Assembly: GCA_963819945.1 (NCBI GenBank)
Contig: CAWFYD010000001.1
Span: 67,755-131,754, forward strand
Source of the DNA: an uncultured Acidimicrobiia bacterium
GTDB lineage: Bacteria; Actinomycetota; Acidimicrobiia; IMCC26256; JAENVU01
Length of the DNA stretch: 64,000 nucleotides
Direction: 5' to 3'
Numbering within the stretch: the first letter of the stretch is position 1; each line of letters begins with the position of its first letter. The notes below the pieces were generated by a model. The model was given only the letters and a program-made list of their open reading frames with translations. It was not told where the DNA came from and ran no database searches. This document shows positions 1 through 10,593 of the stretch, piece by piece. The translations under genes were made by a program, and so were the position numbers.

Positions 1-3
1 ACG

Positions 4-1870
4 ATGATGAGCTTCCGGCGCGATCCGGACGCCGTGAAGGGCAAGCGCCTCGAGCGCCAGCTGCTCCGGCGGGTGCTCCGGATGACCCGCCCGTACCGGG
101 CCGCGCTCATCGGCTTCTTCATCAGCGTCATCGCCGCCGCCATCATCGGCGTGATCCCGGCCCTGCTGTTCCGGGCCCTGATCGACGACGCGGTCAAGAA
201 CAGCAACGAGAGCCTGGTCGTCGTCCTCTCGGCCCTCGCCGTCGCCGTGGCGCTGGCCAGCGCCGGCCTCAGCCTGGTGCAGCGGTGGTACGCCTCCCGG
301 GTCGGCGAAGGCCTCATCTACGACATGCGGGTCGCGCTCTTCGACCACGTGCAGCGGCTCCCCATCTCGTTCTTCACCCGCACCCAGACCGGCTCGCTGC
401 AGAGCCGCCTGAACAATGACGTGATCGGCGCGCAGAACGCGGTCACGGGCACCCTCGGCACCGTCATCTCGAACGTCATCACGCTGGTCGTGACCCTCTC
501 GGTGATGCTCGTCCTCGAGTGGCGACTCACGATCCTCACGCTGATCGTGCTCCCCGCATTCATCATCCCGGCCCGGCGCATCGGGCGGCGCCTGCAGACC
601 GTGACCCGCGAGAGCTTCTCGCTCGACGCGTCGATGAACAACACGATCGCCGAGCGCTTCAACGTCTCCGGCGCGCTGGTCGTGAAGCTGTTCGGGAACC
701 ATGAGCGCGAGCGCGACTACTTCGCCGAGCGCGCCGCGCGCGTCCGCGACATCGGCGTCACCTCGGCGATGTACTCCCGGGTGCTCTTCGTGGCGCTCGG
801 GTTCGTCGCCGCGGTCGGCACCGCGGTCGTCTACCTCGTCGGCGGGCAGCTCGTCATCGACAACGCGATCCCGCTCGGCACGCTCGCCGCGTTCGTGATC
901 TACACGGGCCAGATCTACCAACCGCTCACCCAGCTCACGAACTCCCGGGTGGACGTCCTCACCGCGATGGTGAGCTTCGAGCGGGTCTTCGAGGTGCTCG
1001 ACTTCCCGCCCTTGCTCACCGAGCGGCCGGGCGCGGTGGACCTGGTCGACCCGGCCGGTCGCATCGAGCTCGACCACGTGTGGTTCCGCCATCCGGCGAG
1101 CGACGTCGCATCGCTGCGCTCACTCGAAGAGGGGCCGGCCGGGCGTCGAGGACGACGAGCCCAGCACCTGGATCCTGCGCGATGTCACCCTCACGATCGA
1201 GCCGGGCGAGTTCGTGGCGATCGTCGGCCCGTCCGGCGCCGGCAAGACGACGACCGCGATGCTCGTGCCGCGCATCGCGGATGCCAACGAGGGCGCGGTG
1301 CGGGTGGACGGCCAGGACGTCCGGGATCTCACGCTCGCACTCGCTGCGCCAGGCAGTCGGGTTCGTGATGCAGGACCCGCACCTGTTCCACGACACGATC
1401 CGCGAGAACCTGCGCTACGCCCGGCCCGAGGCGACCGACGACGAGCTCATCGCGGCCTGCCGGGCGGCGCGCATCCACGACCTCATCTCGTCGCTGCCGG
1501 ACGGGTACGACACGGTCGTCGGCGAGCGCGGCTACCGGCTCTCCGGCGGCGAGAAGCAGCGGGTGGCGATCGCCCGGGTGCTGCTGAAGTCGCCGTCCAT
1601 CGTCATCCTCGACGAGGCGACCTCCCACCTCGACACCGAGTCGGAGCACGCGATCCAGCAGGCGCTCACCGCGGCGCTCGCCGGGCGCACCGCGCTCGTC
1701 ATCGCCCACCGCCTCTCCACGATCGTCAACGCCGACCGGATCATCGTGATCGACGACGGCCGCATCGTCGAAGAGGGCACGCACGGTGACCTCCTGGACC
1801 GCGAAGGCCTCTACTCGGACCTCTACCGGACCCAGCTCGACCAGCGACGGCCGGAGCGAACCCGAGATAG
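4..1870 (+). CDS. ABC exporter, fused transmembrane and ATP-binding protein (MsbA-like); frame broken twice
   Basis: The TM domain is in ORF 4..1368. Walker [10 protein letters not shown] continues in the frame of ORF 1214..1789. The signature [13 protein letters not shown], Walker [13 protein letters not shown] and H-loop AHRLST continue in the frame of ORF 1080..2762. Frame switches lie near 1135 and 1340. The stop is approximate (TAG 1868 or TGA near 1900). Confidence 0.9.
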
Positions 1871-1975
1871 CCCGACGGTACCGGACAGCGCTCGAAACCG
1901 CCTGACCGCTCCCGGAGACCCCCTCCCGGTACCATCGGGAACCCCCGAAGCCCTCCGCTGCGACCCCTTCTTGCC

Positions 1976-3128
1976 ATGGCTGAACCAGAATCCGGCCCCT
2001 CACCGGCGCGCCGCTCGACGGCTGCCGAACGGCAGCGCCGTCAGACGCGCCGGCGCATCTTCGGGACCATCGGCGTCGTGGTGCTGGTCGTCCTCGCCGC
2101 GCTCTGGTTCAGCGACACCCTGCGGATCCCGACGGACGGGCCGAGCTTCGCCAACGGCGCCGTCCCCGACCAGCCAGACCGACACGGCCGGCGTCAAGCA
2201 CGTCGACGGGTCGGTCGAGCCGAGTCGCCGCGCCCTGAACCCGCTGCTCCCGCTCAAGCTCTGGGTCGGCGGTGACTCACTCGCCGGCTCGCTCGGCCCG
2301 TCGCTCGGCAAGATGACCGGGGCCACGGGAGTCGTGCAGCCGTACTACGACTCGCGCATCTCGACCGGTCTGATCGCCGGCAACATCGACTGGCCGTCGC
2401 ACGCGACCGAACAGCTCAGCCAGGTCAATCCGGAGGTCGTCGTGTTCATGATCGGCACGAACGACGCCGTCATCTACAACGACTCGCAGGCCGAGGACTA
2501 CGCGCAGAAGGTCGACGAGATGATGCGCATCCTCATCGGGGACGGTCGTGAGGTGTACTGGGTCAACGCACCGGTGCTGGCCGACGACCGGGACGAGGAG
2601 AACGTGCTGAAGGTCAACGAGATCCAGCACGAGGTCGCGACGCGGTATCCCGAACAACGTCACCTACGTCGACGCGCACACGCTGTTCGCCGACGACCAG
2701 GGCCAGTTCCAGTCGTCGATGATCGACGCGTCCGGCAAGCGGATCGTGCTGCGCGCCGGTGACGGGGTCCACTTCACCGCCGCGGGCGCGGACCATCTGG
2801 CGAGCGAGATCTTCGACCTGCTCGACGCCCGCTGGAAGATCCTCGACCAGGCGGTGCCCGGCCAGACGAAGAAGACCATCGCGGCCCGCGGCTCGACCCA
2901 GGTCCCCGGCAGCGGCGGCTCAGCGGCTCGAGCTCCGGATCGAGCTCGGGCAGCAGCTCCGGGTCGGGCAGCTCGAGTCGATCGTCCTCGAGCGGCAACG
3001 GATCCGGCGCCACGTCCACCACCCAGGCCACCACGGCGACCACCCAACCGACGGCCACGACCCAGCCGACCGCGTCGACGACGCCGACGACGACTGCGAC
3101 CCCGCCGACGACGACTTCCGGCCCGTAG
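1976..3128 (+). CDS. membrane-anchored SGNH/GDSL hydrolase with Ser/Gly- and Thr/Pro-rich tail; frameshifted
   Basis: An N-terminal TM helix [18 protein letters not shown] is in ORF 1976..2275. The motifs [12 protein letters not shown] and FMIGTNDAV are in the frame of ORF 1080..2762, and [14 protein letters not shown] is in ORF 2719..3168. The low-complexity tail SGSSSGSSS...[11 protein letters not shown] reads in the third frame to TAG 3126..3128. Confidence 0.8.
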
Positions 3129-3178
3129 GCCCGGCTCCGGCCCGGAGATTCGCCGGACGCGTCGGTAGGCTCCCGCCC

Positions 3179-4806
3179 GTGAACGACGTGGGAAAGTCAG
3201 CAGCGGCCGCAGTCGAGACGGCGACCGACGTAGTCAACGAAGCGGCGCGGAGCCTCGCCGAGCGTTCCACGGTGGACGGGCGGATCTCGGTCGCGGCGCT
3301 CGACCAGCACCAGGTCGTGGCCTACGACCTCGCGCACGCGGCGAGCGCGGTCGCCGGCTCGCCGCGTGATGCTGGACTACGCGCAGCACGGCGAGCTCGA
3401 GGCCAACCTCGCGTACACCTTCATCGCCGACGCGATCAGCGACGTCGGCTCACGGTTGGCCGGCCGCGAGGCCGAGTTCGGCGTCGCAGCCCGGTCAGCT
3501 CGCACCGGCGGGCGGACTTCGTCGCCGAGTTCCGGGCCCCGAGCTTCCTCGAGACCGTCGCCGACGCGCTCCCGCGCCACGGCACCGGCCCGGCCCACCT
3601 CGACGAGGAGTTCGATCTCGTCCGGGACAGCTTCCACCGCTTCGCCGCCGACAAGATCCGCCCGTCGCCGAGCACATCCACCGCGAGAACGCCGACATCC
3701 CGGAGGACATCATCTCGGGCATGGCCGAGCTCGGCGGCTTCGGTCTCTCGGTGCCCGAGGAGTACGGCGGGTTCGCGGCCGGCGGCGAGTCCGACTACCT
3801 CGCGATGTGCGTCGCCACCGAGGAGCTCTCGTGGGGCTCGCTCGGCGCGGGTGGCGCGCTCATCACGCGTCCCGAGATCCTCACCCGGGCCATCGTGAAG
3901 GGCGGTACCGAAGAGCAGAAGCACGCGTGGCTGCCGCAGATCGCGACGGGTGAACGCGTCGTCGGCGTGATGGTCACCGAGCCGGACTACGGGTCGGACG
4001 TCGCCGGCGTGAAGGTGACGGCAACGCCGACCGAGGGCGGGTACGTCATCAACGGGGTGAAGACCTGGTGCACGTTCGCCGGTCGCGCCGACACGTTGAT
4101 GGTGCTGGCCCGCACCGACCCGGACCGCAGCCGCGGGCACCGTGGCCTGTCGGTGTTCGTCGTCGACAAGCCGCCGGCGCCGGGCCACCACTTCGCGTTC
4201 GACGACGGACGCGGCGGGAAGATGGAAGGGCGCGCGATCGACACGCTCGGCTACCGCGGCATGCACTCCTACGAGGTCGCGTTCGACGGCTGGTTCGTCC
4301 CCGCGGACAGCCTGATCGGGCTCGAGGCCGGCCAGGGCCAGGGCTTCTACCTCCAGATGGAGGGCTTCGAGAACGGGCGGCTGCAGACCGCGGCGCGCGC
4401 CGTCGGGCTCATGCAGGCGTCGTTCGACGCCGGTCTCGCCTACGCCCAGGAGCGGCAGGTCTTCGGCCAGCCGATCTTCGACTACCAGCTCTCGAAGGCG
4501 AAGCTCGCCCGGATGGCCGCGCTCATCTGCGCCGGCCGCCAGTTCTCCTACGACGTGGCCCGCAAGATGGCCCGCGGCGAAGGTGCGCTCGAGGCGAGCA
4601 TGGTGAAGGCGTACGTGTGCCGAGCCGCCGAGTGGGTCACCCGCGAGGCGATGCAGCTCCACGGCGGGATGGGGTACGCCGAGGAGTTCCCGGTGTCGCG
4701 CTACTTCGTCGACGCGCGCGTGCTGTCGATCTTCGAAGGCGCGGACGAGACGCTGTGCCTCCGCGTCATCGCCCGCCGACTGACCGAGCAGGCACTCGCG
4801 AGCTAG
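3179..4806 (+). CDS. acyl-CoA dehydrogenase (long N-terminal extension type); frameshifted in the N-terminal third
   Basis: The start is GTG 3179. The N-terminal part is split between ORFs 2759..3898 and 3366..3953. The core is intact in ORF 3721..4806 (FGLSVPEEYGG, TEPDYGSDVAG, WCTFAGRAD, MQLHGGMGYAEEFPVSRYFVDARVLSIFEGADE). Confidence 0.9.
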
Positions 4807-4812
4807 CACGCG

Positions 4813-5900
4813 CTACCTAGCTCGCGGCGAGAGCGCGAAGCGCGACACGGGCGCGGCGCCGTCGGCGAGATCCGCGGCCATGCGGCCGATGAGCGGTGCG
4901 AACTTGAAGCCGTGGCCCGAGCACGCGGACACGACCACGATCGGACCGACCCGGTCGAGGACGAAGTTCTCGGTCGCGGTGTTCGTGTAGAGACACGTGA
5001 CCTCGGTGACCGGATCGGGCACCAGACCCGGGCAGCCACTGCTCCACGAACGCGGCGACGCGTGCGCGGGCCGCACCGTCGACCACGAAGTCGCGCCCGT
5101 CTGCGGTCACGGCCGGACCGGTGTGATGCTCGGCCACCTTCACACCCTCGCCCGGCGTCTCGAGCCCGTACTGGAAGATCGCGCCGTGGTGAATGAAGCT
5201 CGGCCACGGCACGGGTTCACGCGGCGCGAAGTGGAACGCCGACTCCTGCGTCACGACGAGCGGCGGCAGGGTCACGTGCGGGCTCAGCGAGCTCGGTCGA
5301 CCCACCCGCCGGCCGCAACCACGACGACCGCCGCGTCGTAGGTCTCGTCGTCGGTCGCGACCTGCACCCGATCCGTCCCGATCTCGAGTGCGCGCACCGG
5401 CGACGCTCCACCGCACCTCGGTGCCGCGCCGCTCGGCCTGCCCGATCAACGAGTCGCCACGCGACCGCGGCCTCGATCCGGCCGCCGTCGGGCTGGTGCA
5501 GCACCGGACCGTCGAAGCGCATGCCGGGCCAGCGCTCGGTCGCGGCCGGCCGGCTCGAGCATCTCGTACGGGACGCGCTCAGCATCGAGCGCAGACCGGA
5601 TGGCCTCGCACTCCGGCGGGATCACCGTGATCCACGCTGCCCGTCTCGACCAGGATCGTGGCGCCGGCGTCGTGCTCCAGCTCGTGCCACGCACTCCGGG
5701 CCGTCCCGGCCGAGGGCGATCCAGAAGGGCTCGGGATAGGCCAGCCGGAAGATCCGGGAACCGCCGTGCGAGCTGCCCCGGGTGTGCTCCGGCCCGAATT
5801 GCTCGAGCACCACGACGGACCAGCCCCGCCGGGCCAGCTGCCACGCCGCCGCCGAGCCCATGACGCCGCCACCGACCACGATCGCGTCGACCCGCTGCAC
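4813..5900 (-). CDS. FAD-dependent oxidoreductase, monomeric sarcosine oxidase / N-methyltryptophan oxidase-like; frameshifted
   Basis: The start is GTG 5900, followed by the dinucleotide fold [23 protein letters not shown] (ORF 5622..5900). The middle lies in ORFs 5446..5844 and 4817..5449. The C-terminus [21 protein letters not shown] is in ORF 4813..5076. Confidence 0.8.
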
Positions 5901-5967
5901 CCTGCCAGGCTAGGAGCCGTGGAAGCCGTCCCGACCGAAGCCGGTCACCCGTCGGCGCGAGCTCGCC

Positions 5968-6625
5968 GTGTTCGCCGTCCCGATGGTGCTGCTGGCGATC
6001 GGCGCGAACATCGGCAACGCGTTCGCGCCGACGCTGATCACCGACGAGCCGGCCGTGCTCCTCGCGCTCGCGCCCCGGTTCCGCTGGCTGCTGCTCTCGT
6101 CGCCGAAGCTCGACGGCGCTGCCGTTCTACGCCATCCCGTTGGCGCGGGCGTTCGGCGTCCTGTCGCTCTACTACCTGTTCGGGCGCAGGTACGGCGACG
6201 CCGCGCTCCGCTGGGTGGAAGTGCGCACCGGCCGGCGGGCGCTGCGGCCGGTGCTCTGGATCGAGCGCCAGTTCCACCGCGGGCGGTACGGCATCCTCAT
6301 CCTCTTCCCCGGCACGCTCGCCGCGCTGCTCGCGGGCGCCGACCGGATGCGGTACTCGGCGTTCATCACCGTCGCGATGGCCGCGACCGTGGTGCGGCTC
6401 GTGCTGATCCGCACCGTCGCGGACATCTTCCGCGGCACGCTGCTCGACATCCTGGACTGGGTCGGCGACAACCAGCTCTGGCTCACGATCGCGTCGTTCG
6501 TGATCGTGATGGGCTGGGTGATGTGGAACCAGCGCGGCGGCATCGAGCCCGTCGCGTCCGTCGAGGAGCTGGCCGAAGAGCTCGACGTTGCCGCGGCCGA
6601 GGTCGCGGACGGTGATCCCGCGTAG
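5968..6625 (+). CDS. DedA/VTT-domain membrane protein; one frameshift near 6120
   Basis: ORF 5968..6615 (N-terminus) joins ORF 6140..6625 (YYLFGRRYGDAALRW..., multiple TM helices). Confidence 0.7.
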
Positions 6626-6643
6626 CGGCGGTAGCCGCGGGGA

Positions 6644-7585
6644 TCAGCTCTTGCTGCGCTGCATCCCGGCGCGCTCGCCGCGGCTCACGAGCTTCACCGC
6701 GACCTTGCGGCTCGCCTCGTCGATCATCTCGTCGCCGAGCATCACCGCACCCTTGCGGTCGCCCTCGGTCGTCGCCTTCTCGTAGGTCTCGAGGATGTCC
6801 CAGGCCTTGTCGAACTGCTCCTGGGTCGGCGAGAAGAGCTCGTTGAGGATCTGCACCTGGTCCGGGTGCAGCGCCCACTTGCCGTCGTAGCCGAGGATCT
6901 GCGCGCGCGTCGCGAAGTCGCGGAACCCGTCGCTGTCGCGCACCTTCACGTACGGGCCGTCGATGACCTGCAGGCCGTTCGCGCGACCGGCCATGAGGAT
7001 CTTGACGAACACGTAGTGGAAGTAGTCGCCCGGGTACTCGGGGATCTCGAGCCCACCACGCAGGCCGGGCATCTCCATCGACGCGGACATGTCCACCGGG
7101 CCGAGGATGATCGTCTCGAGGCGCGGGCTGGCCGCGCAGATCTCGTTGACGTTGATCAGGCCGAGCGCGGTCTCGATCTGCGCCTCGATGCCGATGTGGC
7201 CCGCCGGGAGGCCGGCCTGCTGCTCGACCTGGGTGAGCAGCAGATCCATCGCGACGACCTCGGCCGCGGTCTGCACCTTCGGGAGCATGATCTCTTCGAG
7301 CCGCTCGCCCGCGTTGCCGACCACTTCGAGGATGTCGTAGGCGGTCCACGGCGTGTCCCAGGCGTTGACCCGGACACAGAGGACCGTCTCGCCCCAGTCC
7401 TGGTCCCGGATGGCGGTGACCGCCTTGCCGCGGGCCGCCTCCTTCTCCAGCGGGGAGACCGAGTCCTCGAGGTCGATGAACACCATGTCGGCCCCGAGGG
7501 TCGGACCCTTGGCGAGCATCTTCTCGCTCGATCCGGGGACCGAGAGGCACGAACGGCGAGGCAGGTTCTTCGTACGTTGAGACAT
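6644..7585 (-). CDS. HpcH/HpaI aldolase / citrate lyase beta-like (malyl-CoA or citramalyl-CoA lyase type)
   Basis: This is an intact reading frame from ATG 7585 (MSQRTKNLPRRSCLSVPGSSEKM...DLEDSV...GKWALHPDQV) within ORF 6644..7717. Confidence 0.85.
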   Translation of the reverse strand: MSQRTKNLPRRSCLSVPGSSEKMLAKGPTLGADMVFIDLEDSVSPLEKEAARGKAVTAIRDQDWGETVLCVRVNAWDTPWTAYDILEVVGNAGERLEEIMLPKVQTAAEVVAMDLLLTQVEQQAGLPAGHIGIEAQIETALGLINVNEICAASPRLETIILGPVDMSASMEMPGLRGGLEIPEYPGDYFHYVFVKILMAGRANGLQVIDGPYVKVRDSDGFRDFATRAQILGYDGKWALHPDQVQILNELFSPTQEQFDKAWDILETYEKATTEGDRKGAVMLGDEMIDEASRKVAVKLVSRGERAGMQRSKS

Positions 7586-7640
7586 GGCGGGCAGGCTACG
7601 ACAGGTCGCCCGAACGCTCCCAACCCGCCACAATGGCCGG

Positions 7641-8023
7641 ATGACGACCACCGTGAACGCCGCCGATGTCCTCGCCCGCATGATCGGAGCGATCGAGACC
7701 GGCGACCTCGCCCTCATGCGCTCGCTGTACGCACCCGGAGCCGTCGTGTGGACGTGCTTCGACGACCACGAGCGGGACGTCGACGCGGCCGATGCGGGTG
7801 GTCGAGTGGCTGGTCGGGGCGACGACGGAACGGCACTACGACGTCACCCGTCGGATCGAGATCGAGGGCGGCGTCCTGCAGCAGCACGTGCTCCACGGCA
7901 CCACTCCGACCGGCCGCACGTTCCAGATGGCGGCGTGCCTGGTCGTGCGGGTCGAGGGCGAGCTCGTCGACGCGCATCGACGAGTACCTCGACCCCAAGC
8001 CCGTGCTCGGAGCGCTCGGTTGA
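7641..8023 (+). CDS. SnoaL-like / NTF2-fold small protein; frameshifted
   Basis: MTTTVNAADVLARMIGAIETGDLALMRSLYAPGAVVW is in ORF 7584..8114. The gene continues in ORF 7792..8661 (VVEWLVGATTERHYDV...) and ends IDEYLDPKPVLGALG in the frame of ORF 6866..8023. Confidence 0.6.
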
Positions 8024-8833
8024 CCACGCTCTCGGAGCTGGCGGACGGGGTCTACGCGTGGATCCAGCCTCATGGCGAGTCAGGCGTGAGCAACGCGGGC
8101 GTGATCGTCGATGACGACGGGATCACGATCGTCGACACGCTGATGGTGCGTTCGCAGTGGGAGCCGTTCGCGGCCGCGGTGGCCGAGCTCGAGCGGCCGG
8201 TGAAGCGCGTCCTGCTCACGCACGCGCACATCGACCACGTCGGGGGGACGCAGGCCTTCCGCAACGCGATGGTGCTCGGTTCCGTCGCCACGAGCGATCT
8301 CCTCGACCAGCCGATGCCCGTCGACGCGTACAAGACGTTCATGAGCGCGTTCGCCGAGGAGTTCGACGACCTCGCGGAGATCGGGACCCGGCCGGTGAGT
8401 CACATCGTCGACGACGCCGCGCAGCTGACGCCCCGCATCGAGCTGCTTCCCGCGTCGGGCCACACTGCGGGCGATGTGATGGCGCTCGTCGCCGACTGCG
8501 ACGTGCTGTTCGCGGGCGACCTCTGCTTCTTCGGTGTGACCCCACTCGCGTTCCAGGGCGATCCCGAAGACGTGGGCAGACGTGCTCGACGCGGTCGCCG
8601 ATCTCGCGGACGTGATCGTCCCGGGGCATGGTCCGGTCGGGGGCGCGAGCGAGGTGCGTGACCTGCAGGCGTATCTCCGGCATTGCGTCGAGGGGACGAT
8701 CCCGCCCGGGCCGTGGGACCAGTGGAGCGAACGCGCCGAGCGCGACCCGATCAACATCGAGAAGGCCGCGATGCTGCGCGCCGGCGACGACGGCATGCCC
8801 CCCAGCATGCTCACCGCCATCGGCCTCACCTAG
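8020..8833 (+). CDS. MBL-fold metallo-hydrolase; one frameshift near 8575
   Basis: TTG 8020 overlaps the preceding stop. The metal motif THAHIDHVGG and the motif LLPASGHTAGD are in ORF 7792..8661. The C-terminus is in ORF 8582..8833. Confidence 0.85.
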
Positions 8834-9310
8834 CTCCCCATCGCAGCCCTCCCCCGTCCAGACTCGTTTCGGCGTGAGTTCGCGTTGCTATGGCAACGCG
8901 AATTCACGCTGAAAGCGGATTGCGTGCGCGACGCGGCCGGGTGGTTGACGACGTCGTGCCAGCGGAACCGCAGCACGAACCAACCAGCGGCCGTGAGGCG
9001 CGCGTCTCGCTCCTCGTCGCTGCGCCGGTCGAGCAGGCCGTCGTGGAACTCGGCGCCGTCGACCTCGACGACGATTCGCGCACCGCGGAACACGGAAGTC
9101 GACCCGACCGATCCACCCGTCATCGTCACCCAGATCGACCTGGCGTTCCGGGACGGTGAGCCCGTGCTGCGCCACGAGTGCGATGAACCAGCGACCGCGG
9201 CGAACCCGGTGCCGGAGCCCTTCTGCCGTTACACCCAATGCCAATGCCTGGACACGCGTGATGAGCCCGTGTTGCGTTGCTGCGAGCGCATCCGTGCGCC
9301 GGTCGATCAT
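8830..9310 (-). CDS. short DUF559-type endonuclease-domain protein (N-terminal HTH plus C-terminal DUF559, middle missing); frameshifted
   Basis: ORF 8888..9310 gives MIDRRTDALAATQHGLITRVQALALGVTAEGLRHRVRRGRW. ORF 8830..9129 gives GARIVVEVDGAEFHDGLLDRRSDEERDARLTAAGWFVLRFRWHDV. The 3-prime end runs into the hairpin repeat, so the stop is uncertain. Confidence 0.6.
8867..8914 (+). repeat. 48-bp hairpin (REP-like / terminator-like) element, copy 1
   Basis: The sequence is TTTCGGCGTGAGTTCGCGTTGC-TAT-GGCAACGCGAATTCACGCTGAAA, with 21-nt arms that pair fully if G-U pairs are allowed. It lies 34 nt after the MBL hydrolase stop. A second copy is at 47269..47316. Confidence 0.75.
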
Positions 9311-9370
9311 GTCCGCACGCTACGGAGAGCCTGGGACACTCACGAACCGGGGCGAGAGCGGCGGGGGTCG

Positions 9371-9832
9371 CTAGTAGAGGCCGGCGAGCTTGGAGTGGTC
9401 CCAGGTGACGGTGTTGTCGGCGATCACACGGATCAGCACGCGCTTGGTCGCCTGGGCCTCGACGCCCGCGCGGACGAGCTCGTCGTCGACCGCGCCCCAG
9501 TACTTCGGGAACAGGTGCATCCCGAACGCGGTCACCTCGGGCAGGGTCTCGACGATCTCCGCGTGCCCGACGATCGACACGCCCCGCAGCTCCTCGTAGA
9601 CCTCACCGGTCGCGACCAGCACGGTGAGGCGCGGGTCCCGGCGCAGGTTCACGACCTTCTGGCTCTTGGCGTACGTCCAGAAGCACAGGTCGTCGCCCTC
9701 GATCTCGTACCACATGGTCACCAGATGGGGCGTCCCGTCAGCGTTGATCGACGCCACCTGGAGGTCTCGGCCGGCCTCGAGGAAGGCCCGGGTCTCGGCG
9801 TCGGTCATGCGGATCTGGTCGCGTCGTGACAT
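9371..9832 (-). CDS. pyridoxamine 5-phosphate oxidase family protein (F420/FMN-binding split-barrel)
   Basis: This is an intact 153-aa frame from ATG 9832 (MSRRDQIRMTDAETRAFLEAGRDLQVASINADGTPHLVTMWY...). Confidence 0.85.
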   Translation of the reverse strand: MSRRDQIRMTDAETRAFLEAGRDLQVASINADGTPHLVTMWYEIEGDDLCFWTYAKSQKVVNLRRDPRLTVLVATGEVYEELRGVSIVGHAEIVETLPEVTAFGMHLFPKYWGAVDDELVRAGVEAQATKRVLIRVIADNTVTWDHSKLAGLY

Positions 9833-9874
9833 GAAGCCGGAGGCTAGACGGGTGTCGCGATACCGTCTTGCGCC

Positions 9875-10361
9875 GTGGCCAAGAACCCTGACCCCACACT
9901 CGAGCTCGCGACCAGCAAGGGCGTCTCCCGGACGCTCGACGACTGGTCCACGATGTTCCAGCTCTGCCTGGTCATCCTCCCCGACCGGCCCGAGGCCTCG
10001 GCGTGGATCCCCGTCGTCCGGCGGATCTCGGCGGTCCTGGGCGACAGCGACTGCCGGATCGCCTACGTGGTCACCGGTTCCGCCCAGATCGCCAGCCGGA
10101 TCCTGGGCGACGACGAGGACAAGGTGACGACCTTCATCGATCCCGATCGCACCCTCGTGGGCAGCCTCGGGCTCGAGCGCCTGCCCGCGCTCGTGTTCCT
10201 CCGCCAGGACACGACGGTCGGGGCGGCCACGGAGGGTTGGGACCCGGTCGAGTGGCAGGCGCGTGGCGAAGACGGTCGCCAAGGCGATGGCCTGGTCCAC
10301 CCCGGACCTCGCACCCCCCGGGGAAGCCATTCCGGCCCCCACCGCCGGCTGGCCCGCCTAG
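9875..10361 (+). CDS. hypothetical protein (possibly thioredoxin-fold); one frameshift near 10262
   Basis: ORF 9875..10456 reads plausibly up to ...GWDPVEWQ. A better C-terminus, VAKTVAKAMAWSTPDLAPPGEAIPAPTAGWPA, reads in the next frame to TAG 10359..10361. Confidence 0.55.
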
Positions 10362-10377
10362 AACCCCAGGTCAGAGG

Positions 10378-10590
10378 GTTGCGAGCGGCGCCACCGGGGT
10401 GGCTCCCGGGACGAAATATGCCGACAGAAATGGCATCAGGGGCCTCAATCCCTTAGGGTCAACGGAACCGCTCGCAGATTTGTGTGTTCCTGCGCGCGGT
10501 AATTTTGTAGCCAGCGTCATCAGGACCGTGTTCTCGCGGACCGTGTTCAAGAACGACCGACGGCGGCACCTCCGAGCCAAAGGGAGTCCC
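10378..10590 (+). promoter_or_regulatory. structured, lower-GC 5-prime leader of the NlpC/P60 gene; candidate riboswitch (ydaO/c-di-AMP-like?)
   Basis: An 8-bp closing helix pairs GCGAGCGG (10381..10388) with CCGCTCGC (10468..10475). It encloses hairpins at 10390..10403 and 10418..10436 and the string GGGGCCUCAAUCCCUUAGGGUCAACGGAACCGC. A distal segment CCGACGGCGGCACCUCCGAGCC abuts the SD AGGGAG (10581..10586). Confidence 0.35.
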
Positions 10591-10593
10591 CAC

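Noticed and set aside
1080-2762. A single 560-aa ORF that looks like one large protein.
   Set aside because: It is a chimera. The first part is the ABC ATPase C-terminus and the second is the SGNH hydrolase core. They are joined only because the intergenic region has no stop in that frame.
3436-4809. Long antisense ORFs opposite well-supported genes. Examples: 3436..4809(-), 6483..7550(-), 15155..16447(-), 38695..40326(-), 45229..46704(-), 59765..60835(+).
   Set aside because: Their translations are Arg/Ala/Gly/Pro-rich with no family features. Such shadow ORFs are expected in very GC-rich DNA, and the opposite strand carries clear homologues.
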